A stretch of DNA of 64,000 nucleotides from an uncultured Clostridia bacterium (GTDB lineage Bacteria; Bacillota; Clostridia; Christensenellales; CAG-917). The stretch covers positions 72,203-136,202 of the forward strand of contig CALABJ010000018.1 of NCBI GenBank assembly GCA_937885645.1, read 5' to 3'. The notes below the pieces were generated by a model. That model was not told where the DNA came from and searched no databases. It saw only the letters and a program-made list of their open reading frames with translations. Below, piece after piece: positions 56,345 to 64,000 of the stretch; the first letter of the stretch is position 1; every line of letters starts with the position of its first letter. A program made the translations under genes and the position numbers.

Positions 56345-57301
56345 CTAAATCAGGTTGTTTGTTTTGAGATAGTCAACGTAGTCGTTGTAGAGTTTTACGC
56401 TGTCGGGGTGTCCGCAGAATGAGGGGGAGTCCGCCGGATTCATTATGCCAAGATATTGATATGCGATGATTTTGTTGACGTAAGGTGACACGTTTTCAAT
56501 CTGTCGTTTGACACGGTCAAAACTTGCAGGGAGAAGGGCACTGTCATAGACAACTCCTTCAAACTTGAACACCTCAACCTCTGCCCAAAGTTCGGCGCGA
56601 CCTGCCTCGTCATGGACACGCTTCAACTTTTCGTATAGTTTTACGGTGCGGTGGACGGGAGTCTTTTGCACACCCACCTCGTCTTGATACACAATGTAGT
56701 CAAGGTCCATAGACACAAGGTCGCGGATATATCTGTCGTTTGTCAAGGTGACGTTTGTGCCGTAGGGAGCAATCAATGTCTTTTTGCCCGGGGTGAGTTC
56801 ATGAGCAACCTTTGACGCCCTGTTGACGTAGGACACGAAAGCACGGGGGAAGTGGAGTTTGATGAAGCACTCGTCAGGGTAATACCAACCATAGAAACTG
56901 GGGTGATGACCGTATAGTGCGGTGATTTCCTCCATAGCCTTGAAGGACATGTTGACGATATCTTCCGTCTTTATGTTGTGATGAGCCCTGCGCCAGTTGC
57001 CGAAAAATCCGTTGCCAAGAAAGACTTTCAGCCCCAACTTGTCCGCTTCGTCAAGGACTTCATCAATGGGGTCTGCTGTTTTCATATCCGCGGAGGGGAA
57101 GATTTTGGATTGATAGAAGCACCTTTCATAAAGTGCAGTCGCCATAATCATCACGTACTCCATGCCAAGGGCGTGGATTTCACGGATTTTATTGCGCCAG
57201 TCAATGCCTTCAAATTCCTTCAAGGCAGGATTCCAGTATTTACCCTCAGCGGTGTTGTGATGTCTAAACTCAAAAAAAGTTCCGTCAAGTTTACGAAGCA
57301 T
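56345..57301 (-). CDS. Glycoside-hydrolase-like TIM-barrel protein (DUF4434-like)
   Basis: ATG at 57301 preceded by GGAGGAGGGAG. 318 aa. The sequence (GTFFEFRHHN...YWNP...) recalls DUF4434, from memory only. Confidence 0.45.
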   Translation of the reverse strand: MLRKLDGTFFEFRHHNTAEGKYWNPALKEFEGIDWRNKIREIHALGMEYVMIMATALYERCFYQSKIFPSADMKTADPIDEVLDEADKLGLKVFLGNGFFGNWRRAHHNIKTEDIVNMSFKAMEEITALYGHHPSFYGWYYPDECFIKLHFPRAFVSYVNRASKVAHELTPGKKTLIAPYGTNVTLTNDRYIRDLVSMDLDYIVYQDEVGVQKTPVHRTVKLYEKLKRVHDEAGRAELWAEVEVFKFEGVVYDSALLPASFDRVKRQIENVSPYVNKIIAYQYLGIMNPADSPSFCGHPDSVKLYNDYVDYLKTNNLI

Positions 57302-57449
57302 AATTCTCCCTCCTCCACAAAGTATAACCCATACAACAGCGAAAGGCAATAGTGGATTTCGGCGGTTAGAGGGGCGAAAAACTCAAAAAATTCACACTTT
57401 TCAAAAAACAGTTGCGAAATGACAACAGTTGTGATATATTATCACTTGC

Positions 57450-57537
57450 GCCGGTGTGGTGAAATTGGCAGACGCGCTGGACTCAAAATCCTGTGGACTA
57501 ATCCTCCGTGACGGTTCGAGTCCGTCCACCGGCACCA
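57450..57537 (+). tRNA. tRNA-Leu (anticodon CAA), CCA encoded
   Basis: Acceptor GCCGGTG...CACCGGC-A-CCA, anticodon loop CT-CAA-AA, long variable arm (class II) and T-arm GGTTCGAGTCC. Confidence 0.9.
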
Positions 57538-57543
57538 ACACAG

Positions 57544-57571
57544 CCCTACGAAATCGTGGGGTTGTTTTTTT
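57544..57571 (+). terminator. Terminator after tRNA-Leu
   Basis: ccctacg-aaat-cgtgggg stem followed by ttgttttttt. Confidence 0.6.
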
Positions 57572-57662
57572 ATACTGTCCTTTGCGTTTTCTTTGAAAAC
57601 GTGAATTTTCTTCATATTTTTGAAAAATGTGTGCTAGAATATGAGAAAAGTGAAGTCCGCTA

Positions 57663-57691
57663 TTGACTTTACGCCCGTGCGAGCGTATAAT
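57663..57691 (+). promoter_or_regulatory. Putative promoter of the M20 peptidase gene
   Basis: TTGACT, 17-nt spacer, TATAAT (57686-57691). It lies inside the tracked longer ORF, which argues for the downstream ATG. Confidence 0.5.
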
Positions 57692-57718
57692 GTTCCCATA
57701 AGTTTTTTGGGGGTTAAT

Positions 57719-59053
57719 ATGTCAAATCAATTTGAAAAATATTCAAACACCTTTGCAAAAATGATTCAATGCCCCACCGTGTCAAGCAGCGGAGCAGAGT
57801 ATTTTGACAAATTCCAACAAGTGCTGAAAGAGGAGTTCCCCCTTGTTTTCAGCAATCTTGAAGTGTTCTATCCCGGCAAGGACAAGGACAGTGAGTCGCG
57901 AGCAATCCTTCTCAAATGGAAAGGCAAATCAGACCGCCGTCCTATGGTGCTTATGGCACACCAAGACGTAGTGCCCGCCTCACCCGAAAACTGGAAGTAT
58001 GACCCTTACGGTGGCACTCTTGAAGACGGCAAGATTTGGGGACGTGGCGCAATGGACTGCAAAAACACCCTTTTCATCACAATCAACGCAGTTGAGGAAC
58101 TGATTGCAGAAGGTTTTGTCCCTGAACACGACGTCTATCTTTCATATTCAGACTGCGAAGAAAACAGCGGTATGGGCGCACCCTACGCCGTGGAGTGGTT
58201 CAAAGAACACGACGTACACCCTGTTGTGGCAGTTGACGAAGGTGGCGCAATTGTTGAAAATGCTTTCCCCGGTATGAAGATGCCCTTTGCAATGGTTGGC
58301 ATTATGGAAAAGGGCTATGCAGACATCCGTTTCACCGCACACAGTAAGGGCGGACACAGCAGTTCACCTCCGAACAATACACCTCTTGCACGACTTGGTG
58401 CATTCATCGACTACTGCGAAAACCACGTTCTTTTCAAACGCAGTATGTCAAAGCCTGCATTACAAATGCTGAAAGGCGTGTCAACAGGCCTTGGCGGACC
58501 TTTGAAGTTCATCACCAAACACGCAAAAGGTTTTGCCCCTCTCATCGTCAAGGCACTGCCTATGATTACACCCTTTGGCAAAGCACTTCTTGGCACAACA
58601 ATGGTTTTCACAATGGCACAGGCTTCAGATGCCCCCAACGTGATTCCTCAATCCGCCTCAGTGGTGGCAAATCTACGATTTGGCCCCGGTGATAAGAGTG
58701 CAGATTGCATTGCAAAACTCACCGACCTTGCAAAGAAATACGACCTTGAGGTTGAAGTCCTCACCTGCCGTGAGCACAGCGCATTTGTTGACACAGAGTG
58801 TGATGAATACAAACACTTTGTGGACACAATGAGAGAGTGTTTCCCTGAAATCGGCATTTCACCCTATCTTATGTTTGGTGGCACAGATTGCAGACATATG
58901 CAGACCATCGTGCCCTGCGCAATAAGATGCACTCCTTGCCGTCTTAATCCTCAACAGCTGGCATCAATGCACGCAAGTGATGAAAACATTGACGTACAAT
59001 CCCTCATTGACGGCACGGCATTCTTCAAGAAATTCATCAGCAACTTTAAATAG
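57719..59053 (+). CDS. M20 family metallopeptidase
   Basis: MAHQDVVP, WGRGAMDCK and SDCEENSG motifs. 444 aa from the ATG at 57719. Confidence 0.8.
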   Translation: MSNQFEKYSNTFAKMIQCPTVSSSGAEYFDKFQQVLKEEFPLVFSNLEVFYPGKDKDSESRAILLKWKGKSDRRPMVLMAHQDVVPASPENWKYDPYGGTLEDGKIWGRGAMDCKNTLFITINAVEELIAEGFVPEHDVYLSYSDCEENSGMGAPYAVEWFKEHDVHPVVAVDEGGAIVENAFPGMKMPFAMVGIMEKGYADIRFTAHSKGGHSSSPPNNTPLARLGAFIDYCENHVLFKRSMSKPALQMLKGVSTGLGGPLKFITKHAKGFAPLIVKALPMITPFGKALLGTTMVFTMAQASDAPNVIPQSASVVANLRFGPGDKSADCIAKLTDLAKKYDLEVEVLTCREHSAFVDTECDEYKHFVDTMRECFPEIGISPYLMFGGTDCRHMQTIVPCAIRCTPCRLNPQQLASMHASDENIDVQSLIDGTAFFKKFISNFK

Positions 59054-59102
59054 ACAAACACAGACAAAACATAGTTTTGTAATTCAACAATAGGAGACAG
59101 AT

Positions 59103-59636
59103 ATGAGCATTTGGCATGACGTTGACCCTAGTCGCATTACACCCACAGATTTTCTGGCTGTAATCGAAATTTCAAAGGGTTGCAAAAACAAATACGAACT
59201 TGACAAGGAAACTGGCGTCCTCATTCTTGACAGAGTTCTGCACACGTCCACCCACTATCCTGCAAACTACGGATTTATCCCCCGCACTTTCAGTGACGAC
59301 AACGATCCTCTTGACGTGCTGGTCCTTTGCAGTGAAGCAATCGTGCCTATGGCAATGGTGCGTTGCTATCCCATCGGTGTGATGATGATGCAAGACGGCG
59401 GAGATATGGACTACAAGATCATCGCAATTCCTTTCAAAGATCCCAACTGGAGCATATACAAGGAAGTGGAAGAACTCCCTCCCCACATTATGCAAGAAAT
59501 GGCCCACTTCTTCCGCGTCTATAAGCAACTGGAAGAGAAAGAAACAACAGTATTCCAAGTGAAGGACAGAGCCTTTGCGGAACTTATCATCAAAGACAAT
59601 ATCCATCAATACAAGAAGAAATTTAACGTGAAATAA
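59103..59636 (+). CDS. ppa: Inorganic pyrophosphatase (family I)
   Basis: EISKGCKNKYELD, YPANYGFIP and DGDPLDVLV-like (DDNDPLDVLV) motifs. Confidence 0.9.
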   Translation: MSIWHDVDPSRITPTDFLAVIEISKGCKNKYELDKETGVLILDRVLHTSTHYPANYGFIPRTFSDDNDPLDVLVLCSEAIVPMAMVRCYPIGVMMMQDGGDMDYKIIAIPFKDPNWSIYKEVEELPPHIMQEMAHFFRVYKQLEEKETTVFQVKDRAFAELIIKDNIHQYKKKFNVK

Positions 59637-59663
59637 GGCGGGGGAAACCCCGAGAGGGATATT

Positions 59664-61094
59664 ATGAAAACATACGATTGTATAGTTATTGGCGGTGGCG
59701 TAGTCGGCACGGCAGTCTTAGACAGGCTTGCTTTCCACGACTTGGCCACCTTACTTTTGGAAAAAGATGACGACGTATCGGTCGGCGCATCTCGTGCAAA
59801 CAGTGGTATAGTCCACGCAGGATATGACTGCAAGCCAGGCACTTTGAAGGCAAAATTCAACGTTCGTGGCAATCATCTTATGTGGAGTTTGGTTGACGAC
59901 CTTGATGTGCCTCACTTGAAGTGCGGTTCACTTGTCGTAGCAGACAAGGACAACAAAGCAGGCATAGACGAACTCTATGACAAGGGCGTGAAAAACGGCG
60001 TTGAAGTGGAAGTCTGGGACAAGCAAAAGACTATGTCTTTTGAGCCAAACCTTTCAGACAACATCGAGTGGTCGTTGTACGCAAAAGAAGCAGGCATCGT
60101 GTCACCCTATCAGCTGGCAATAGCCTTAGCCGACAGAGCGGTCCTCAACGGGGCGGAAATCCACCTTGAAGAAGGGGTCACCGCCCTTGAAAGAAAGGAC
60201 GGACTTTGGATTGTCACCACCGAGAAGAGCCAATATCTTGCAAAAACAGTTGTCAACTGCGCAGGGGCATACGGCGCAGACGTAAACGACATTGCTGGAG
60301 CAGAGCATTATGAAACCTCTTTCCGCAAAGGCGAGTATTATGTCCTTGACAACACCGAAAGACAAAACGTTGAAACAGTCATATTCCCTCTGCCCACCAA
60401 AGCAGGCAAAGGCATTTTGGTAGCCCCCACAGCAGACGGCAACGTCATCTACGGCCCTACCTCACACCTTTGTGACCTTGATGATACGTCAGTCACCCTT
60501 GACGGACTTCAAGACATCCGCGCAAACGTGGCAAAGACCTACAAGAATCCTGTCGTGCGCAAGTGCATACGCACGTATGCCGGCGTGCGCACCATTATAG
60601 GAGACGACTTTGTCATCGGCTCATCAAAAGTGGTGGATGACTTCTATATGGCAATCGGCATTTGCTCACCGGGGCTTTCCTCAGCACCTGCCATTGCAGA
60701 GCATCTTGAAAACCTCATCGCAGGTGACGTAGCATTGAAAGACAACGTTGTCACCCGTTTGCCTAGAGTGAAACGTTTGAGCGAGCTTGACGGTGATGAA
60801 CTCAACACCCTCATCAAAGAAGACAAGGCTTGGGGACGTATCGTCTGCAGATGTGAAAAGGTCAGTGAAGCAGAAATAGTCAAAGCAATCCACTCACCTC
60901 TTCCTGCAGTCACCGTTGACGCAGTAAAGCGCAGAGTCCGTGCAGGTATGGGAAGATGCCAAGGCGGTTTCTGTGCCACAAGAGTTATGGAAATCATCTC
61001 TCGTGAAACAGGCAAAGACATCACCGAAATAAGAAAGGGCAAAAAAGGCTCAAACATTGCTCTTTACTCCGTAAAGGAGGTGCCCAATGATTAA
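59664..61094 (+). CDS. FAD-dependent oxidoreductase (GlpA/glycerol-3-phosphate dehydrogenase-like) with BFD-like [2Fe-2S] domain
   Basis: N-terminal DCIVIGGGVVGTAV. C-terminal CRCEKVSEAEIVKAI...GMGRCQGGFC. Confidence 0.75.
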   Translation: MKTYDCIVIGGGVVGTAVLDRLAFHDLATLLLEKDDDVSVGASRANSGIVHAGYDCKPGTLKAKFNVRGNHLMWSLVDDLDVPHLKCGSLVVADKDNKAGIDELYDKGVKNGVEVEVWDKQKTMSFEPNLSDNIEWSLYAKEAGIVSPYQLAIALADRAVLNGAEIHLEEGVTALERKDGLWIVTTEKSQYLAKTVVNCAGAYGADVNDIAGAEHYETSFRKGEYYVLDNTERQNVETVIFPLPTKAGKGILVAPTADGNVIYGPTSHLCDLDDTSVTLDGLQDIRANVAKTYKNPVVRKCIRTYAGVRTIIGDDFVIGSSKVVDDFYMAIGICSPGLSSAPAIAEHLENLIAGDVALKDNVVTRLPRVKRLSELDGDELNTLIKEDKAWGRIVCRCEKVSEAEIVKAIHSPLPAVTVDAVKRRVRAGMGRCQGGFCATRVMEIISRETGKDITEIRKGKKGSNIALYSVKEVPND

Positions 61095-62319
61095 GAAATA
61101 TGACGTTGTAGTTATAGGCGGTGGCCCTGCAGGTATGGCGGCGGCACTTAGCGCACTGAAAAAGGGTGCAAAAGTCCTCGTGGTTGAAAGAGACGTCCGT
61201 CTTGGCGGAATCCTCAATCAATGCATTCACAACGGATTTGGACTCCACTATTTTGGTGAGGAGTTGACAGGCCCCGAATATGCAAATAGATTTGCAAAGT
61301 TGGTGGAAAGTGAGGATATTGACGTCATGCTTGAAAGCATGGTGTTGCGCCTCACTCCCGACAAGAAGGTGGAAATCCTTTCCCCCGAAGGCTACATAAC
61401 AGTTGAAGCAGGGGCAGTGGTCCTTGCAATGGGTTGCAGAGAGCGTACAGCTGGGGCAATCGCAGTGCCCGGCACCCGTCCTGCAGGCGTATATACCGCA
61501 GGTATGGCACAAAAACTCTGCAATATGAAGGGATACCTCGTAGGCAAAAAGGTTGTCATTTTGGGCAGTGGTGACATCGGGCTCATTATGGCAAGACGTA
61601 TGACCCTTGAAGGGGCAAAGGTGGAACTTGTCCTTGAACTTATGCCTTATTCAAGCGGTTTGAAGCGCAATATTGTCCAATGCCTCAACGACTTTGACAT
61701 CCCCATCAAGTACGCACATACAATCACTCGTCTTGAAGGAAGCCCCCGTCTTACTGGGCTTTACTACGCACCCGTTGACGAAAACAGGAATCCTATCCTT
61801 GAAAAGGAAGAATACGTCTCTTGCGACACCTTGCTTTTGTCAGTTGGTCTTATTCCCGAAAACGACCTTCTCTCAGGCATGAACGTTGAAATGTCCCCCA
61901 TCACCTCAGGGGCAGTGGTTGACGAAAATCGTATGACCTCAATCCCCGGCGTATTCTCTTGCGGAAACGTCCTTCACGTCCACGACCTTGTGGACAACGT
62001 ATCTCGTGAGGCAGAGATTGCAGGGGTCGCAGCCGCAGACTATGCTCTCGGAAACGTGACGGCAGGCGACACCGTGAGTGTCCGCGCCACAGACGGCGTA
62101 AGATATGCTCTCCCTCAAAAGATAACAAAGGGCGGAGAAGGCAAGGTTGACGTCTTCTTCCGCGTAGGCGATGTGTACACAAAGAAACGCATCGTAGTTG
62201 AAGTGGACGGCAATGAAATCTATTCAAGAAAGACAATGATTCTCGCCCCCGGCGAAATGGAAAAAATCACTCTTGCACGTCAAGATTTGGTTGGTGACGT
62301 GATTGTGAGGTTGAAATGA
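61087..62319 (+). CDS. FAD/NAD(P)-binding pyridine nucleotide-disulfide oxidoreductase family protein
   Basis: DVVVIGGGPAGMAAA plus a second dinucleotide fold VVILGSGDIGL. Overlaps the upstream gene by 8 nt. Confidence 0.75.
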   Translation: MIKKYDVVVIGGGPAGMAAALSALKKGAKVLVVERDVRLGGILNQCIHNGFGLHYFGEELTGPEYANRFAKLVESEDIDVMLESMVLRLTPDKKVEILSPEGYITVEAGAVVLAMGCRERTAGAIAVPGTRPAGVYTAGMAQKLCNMKGYLVGKKVVILGSGDIGLIMARRMTLEGAKVELVLELMPYSSGLKRNIVQCLNDFDIPIKYAHTITRLEGSPRLTGLYYAPVDENRNPILEKEEYVSCDTLLLSVGLIPENDLLSGMNVEMSPITSGAVVDENRMTSIPGVFSCGNVLHVHDLVDNVSREAEIAGVAAADYALGNVTAGDTVSVRATDGVRYALPQKITKGGEGKVDVFFRVGDVYTKKRIVVEVDGNEIYSRKTMILAPGEMEKITLARQDLVGDVIVRLK

Positions 62320-62657
62320 TGAACACAATCTGCATTATGTGTCCTATGGGATGCCCCCTTACAATAGAAGAAAAGGACGGTGTCATCACTGTCCAAGGCA
62401 ACACTTGCCCTCGTGGCAAAAAGTATGGTGAGCAAGAGTATTCCGCCCCTGTCCGCACCTTGACAACCCTCATCAAGCGTGCAGACGGCGGTATGGCATC
62501 TGCCAAAACCTCAGCCCCTATCCCCAAAGACAAAATCCGTGAAGCCGCCGAATACGTTGGCAAACTGACTGTTTCCACCGACAGCAAAATCGGTGACGTT
62601 GTTGAAGAAAATTTCTTTGCAGACGGCGTAAATTTGGTGATCACAGGTATCGCCTAA
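62316..62657 (+). CDS. DUF1667 domain protein
   Basis: CIMCPMGCPL...GNTCPRGKKYG is typical of DUF1667. Third gene of the conserved oxidoreductase trio. Confidence 0.7.
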   Translation: MMNTICIMCPMGCPLTIEEKDGVITVQGNTCPRGKKYGEQEYSAPVRTLTTLIKRADGGMASAKTSAPIPKDKIREAAEYVGKLTVSTDSKIGDVVEENFFADGVNLVITGIA

Positions 62658-62658
62658 G

Positions 62659-64000
62659 ATGAAGACCAAGAGGCTTTTCAACTACCGTCCTTTGTGCTTT
62701 GTCGCACTATTTCTTGTGGCAGGCATATTGACGGCGGAGTGCCTCTATCCCGTCCACAAACTTTACGTTTTGATTCCAGCAGTTCTATCTCTCGCAGTAG
62801 GGATAGGGCTGTTTTTATTTTCAAAAACCCGCCGTTTTACCTATATGGCAGTGTTCTTCCTCATAGGTCTTATTGCCATGTTTTCAGCCAACGCCGTCTA
62901 TGATGGACGATATGTGGAAAGCGGTTTCACAGCCATTCAAGGCAAGGTGGACAGTGAGATAGTCATAGAAGAAGGCAAAACAATATTCTATGTCAAGGAT
63001 ATAGTCCTTGACGGCGAGGAACTCAGTGGCAGGGCATATGTCAGGTTAGAAAGCGATGACAGACCTGACTTCCGTGCAGGGGATATTGTTGTCATCTACG
63101 GCAACTTTGGTTTCAATGAACACAAGTGGTTTGACACCTTTTATCCGGTTAACGTCAACGAGCAATCCTACTATTATTTGTGGGGCAAAAGTGTCACTAG
63201 GGTGGCTGACGGCAAGCCCTCTTTCCCCTTGAATTTGCAACTGAGCATCAAGCAAATGTTCTATGACCATTTGGATGAGGACACAGCAATGATTTGTCAA
63301 GCTCTAGTGCTCGGTGACAAGTTTGGCATTGAAGACAACCTCTATGAGGGCATAAAGGAAAGCGGTCTTGCTCACGTACTTGCAGTCAGCGGACTTCATG
63401 TCACCGCCCTTGCCAGTGCCTTGATGTATCTTCTCAAAAAGACCAAGTTGAAGCCATGGTTGTCCTTCATTATAGTGGCAGTCATCACTTTCTTCTACGT
63501 TATGCTTTGTGGCTTCACCGCCTCGTCAATAAGAGCATTCATTATGACCGCCGTCCTCAACTTCGGTGTGATGATGGGGTTCAAATACGACAAAATGTCC
63601 TCACTCAGTCTTGCCGGAGCAATCTTGCTCATCACCCGTCCTCAGAGCATTATGGACGCAGGATTCCTCCTCAGTATGTTTTCTGTGCTTGGCATATTCA
63701 CCTACTACAAGACCTTCAAAAACACGGTGGAGAAGGTGCGGTTGAAACTTGGTTTTGGCAACAAGAAAAGGGAAGACGGCAATGGTATTTTCCTCTTGGA
63801 CAAAGGCTTCACCAAGTGCTACAACAAGGTAGGTGACGTGGTGTCAGTGAGCCTATCCGCCAACTTGATGACCACGCCACTTGTTGCGTATTTCTTCAAA
63901 TCCGTGCCCGTTTTGTTTATCCTGTCAAACATCATCATTTTACCGTATTTGATGTTTATCTATCTGATTTTGCTGATTATCACCATGTTTTGTCAGTTGA
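62659..64000 (+). CDS. comEC: ComEC/Rec2 family competence protein, 3'-truncated by window edge
   Basis: Not in the ORF track because there is no stop in the window. My manual translation from the ATG at 62659 is open to nt 64000. It is polytopic and contains GLAHVLAVSGLHV and TASSIRAF motifs. Confidence 0.8.
   Translation, partial: MKTKRLFNYRPLCFVALFLVAGILTAECLYPVHKLYVLIPAVLSLAVGIGLFLFSKTRRFTYMAVFFLIGLIAMFSANAVYDGRYVESGFTAIQGKVDSEIVIEEGKTIFYVKDIVLDGEELSGRAYVRLESDDRPDFRAGDIVVIYGNFGFNEHKWFDTFYPVNVNEQSYYYLWGKSVTRVADGKPSFPLNLQLSIKQMFYDHLDEDTAMICQALVLGDKFGIEDNLYEGIKESGLAHVLAVSGLHVTALASALMYLLKKTKLKPWLSFIIVAVITFFYVMLCGFTASSIRAFIMTAVLNFGVMMGFKYDKMSSLSLAGAILLITRPQSIMDAGFLLSMFSVLGIFTYYKTFKNTVEKVRLKLGFGNKKREDGNGIFLLDKGFTKCYNKVGDVVSVSLSANLMTTPLVAYFFKSVPVLFILSNIIILPYLMFIYLILLIITMFCQL

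Overview
Chromosomal window from a spore-forming Firmicute, Clostridia-like because yqfC/yqfD are present. Most of it is conserved housekeeping genes in tight co-directional operons. In order these are a GyrA/ParC-family gene (5' partial), DUF1846, pepF and dnaB. Next comes the yqfC-yqfD-phoH-pgpH-ybeY-era-recO block, then sua5 plus an LMW phosphatase, then secG, smpB and metY-metA. Two MFS/GPH transporters flank tcdA. These are followed by dtd, a THUMP RNA methyltransferase and a fused MacB-type ABC transporter. After the ssrA region (described below) comes an M6-like lipoprotein gene. An eight-gene nucleoside salvage/catabolism cluster follows (pdp-tdk-udk-psuG-deoC-deoD-deoB-cdd). The window ends with tRNA-Leu(CAA), an M20 peptidase, ppa, a GlpA-like/FAD/DUF1667 trio and comEC (3' partial). 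The stand-out is a roughly 9.6-kb, visibly AT-richer integrative element in the 3' end of ssrA (tmRNA, 34109-34474). It is bounded by exact 22-bp direct repeats at 34454-34475 and 44039-44060. It encodes a large serine recombinase and an HUH rolling-circle Rep with a coupled 49-aa ORF. It also has an ori-like non-coding region whose hairpin carries a CTTGATA nick-site-like motif. Its cargo is a six-gene co-directional putative defence operon: HTH, m5C methyltransferase, PD-(D/E)xK/DUF3883-like nuclease, second m5C methyltransferase, DUF262 protein and an Rx4H HEPN protein. Other oddities:
- a partial third att-plus-terminator copy inside the element
- a ~67-bp inverted double-terminator cassette bracketing the ssrA locus
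- a DnaB with an SSB-like acidic ...DDLPF tail
- two sugar-type transporters with metallothionein-like Cys-rich tails
- two repeat-dense or GC-rich orphan intergenic regions
All functional calls rest on motif recognition by eye. No database search was run.
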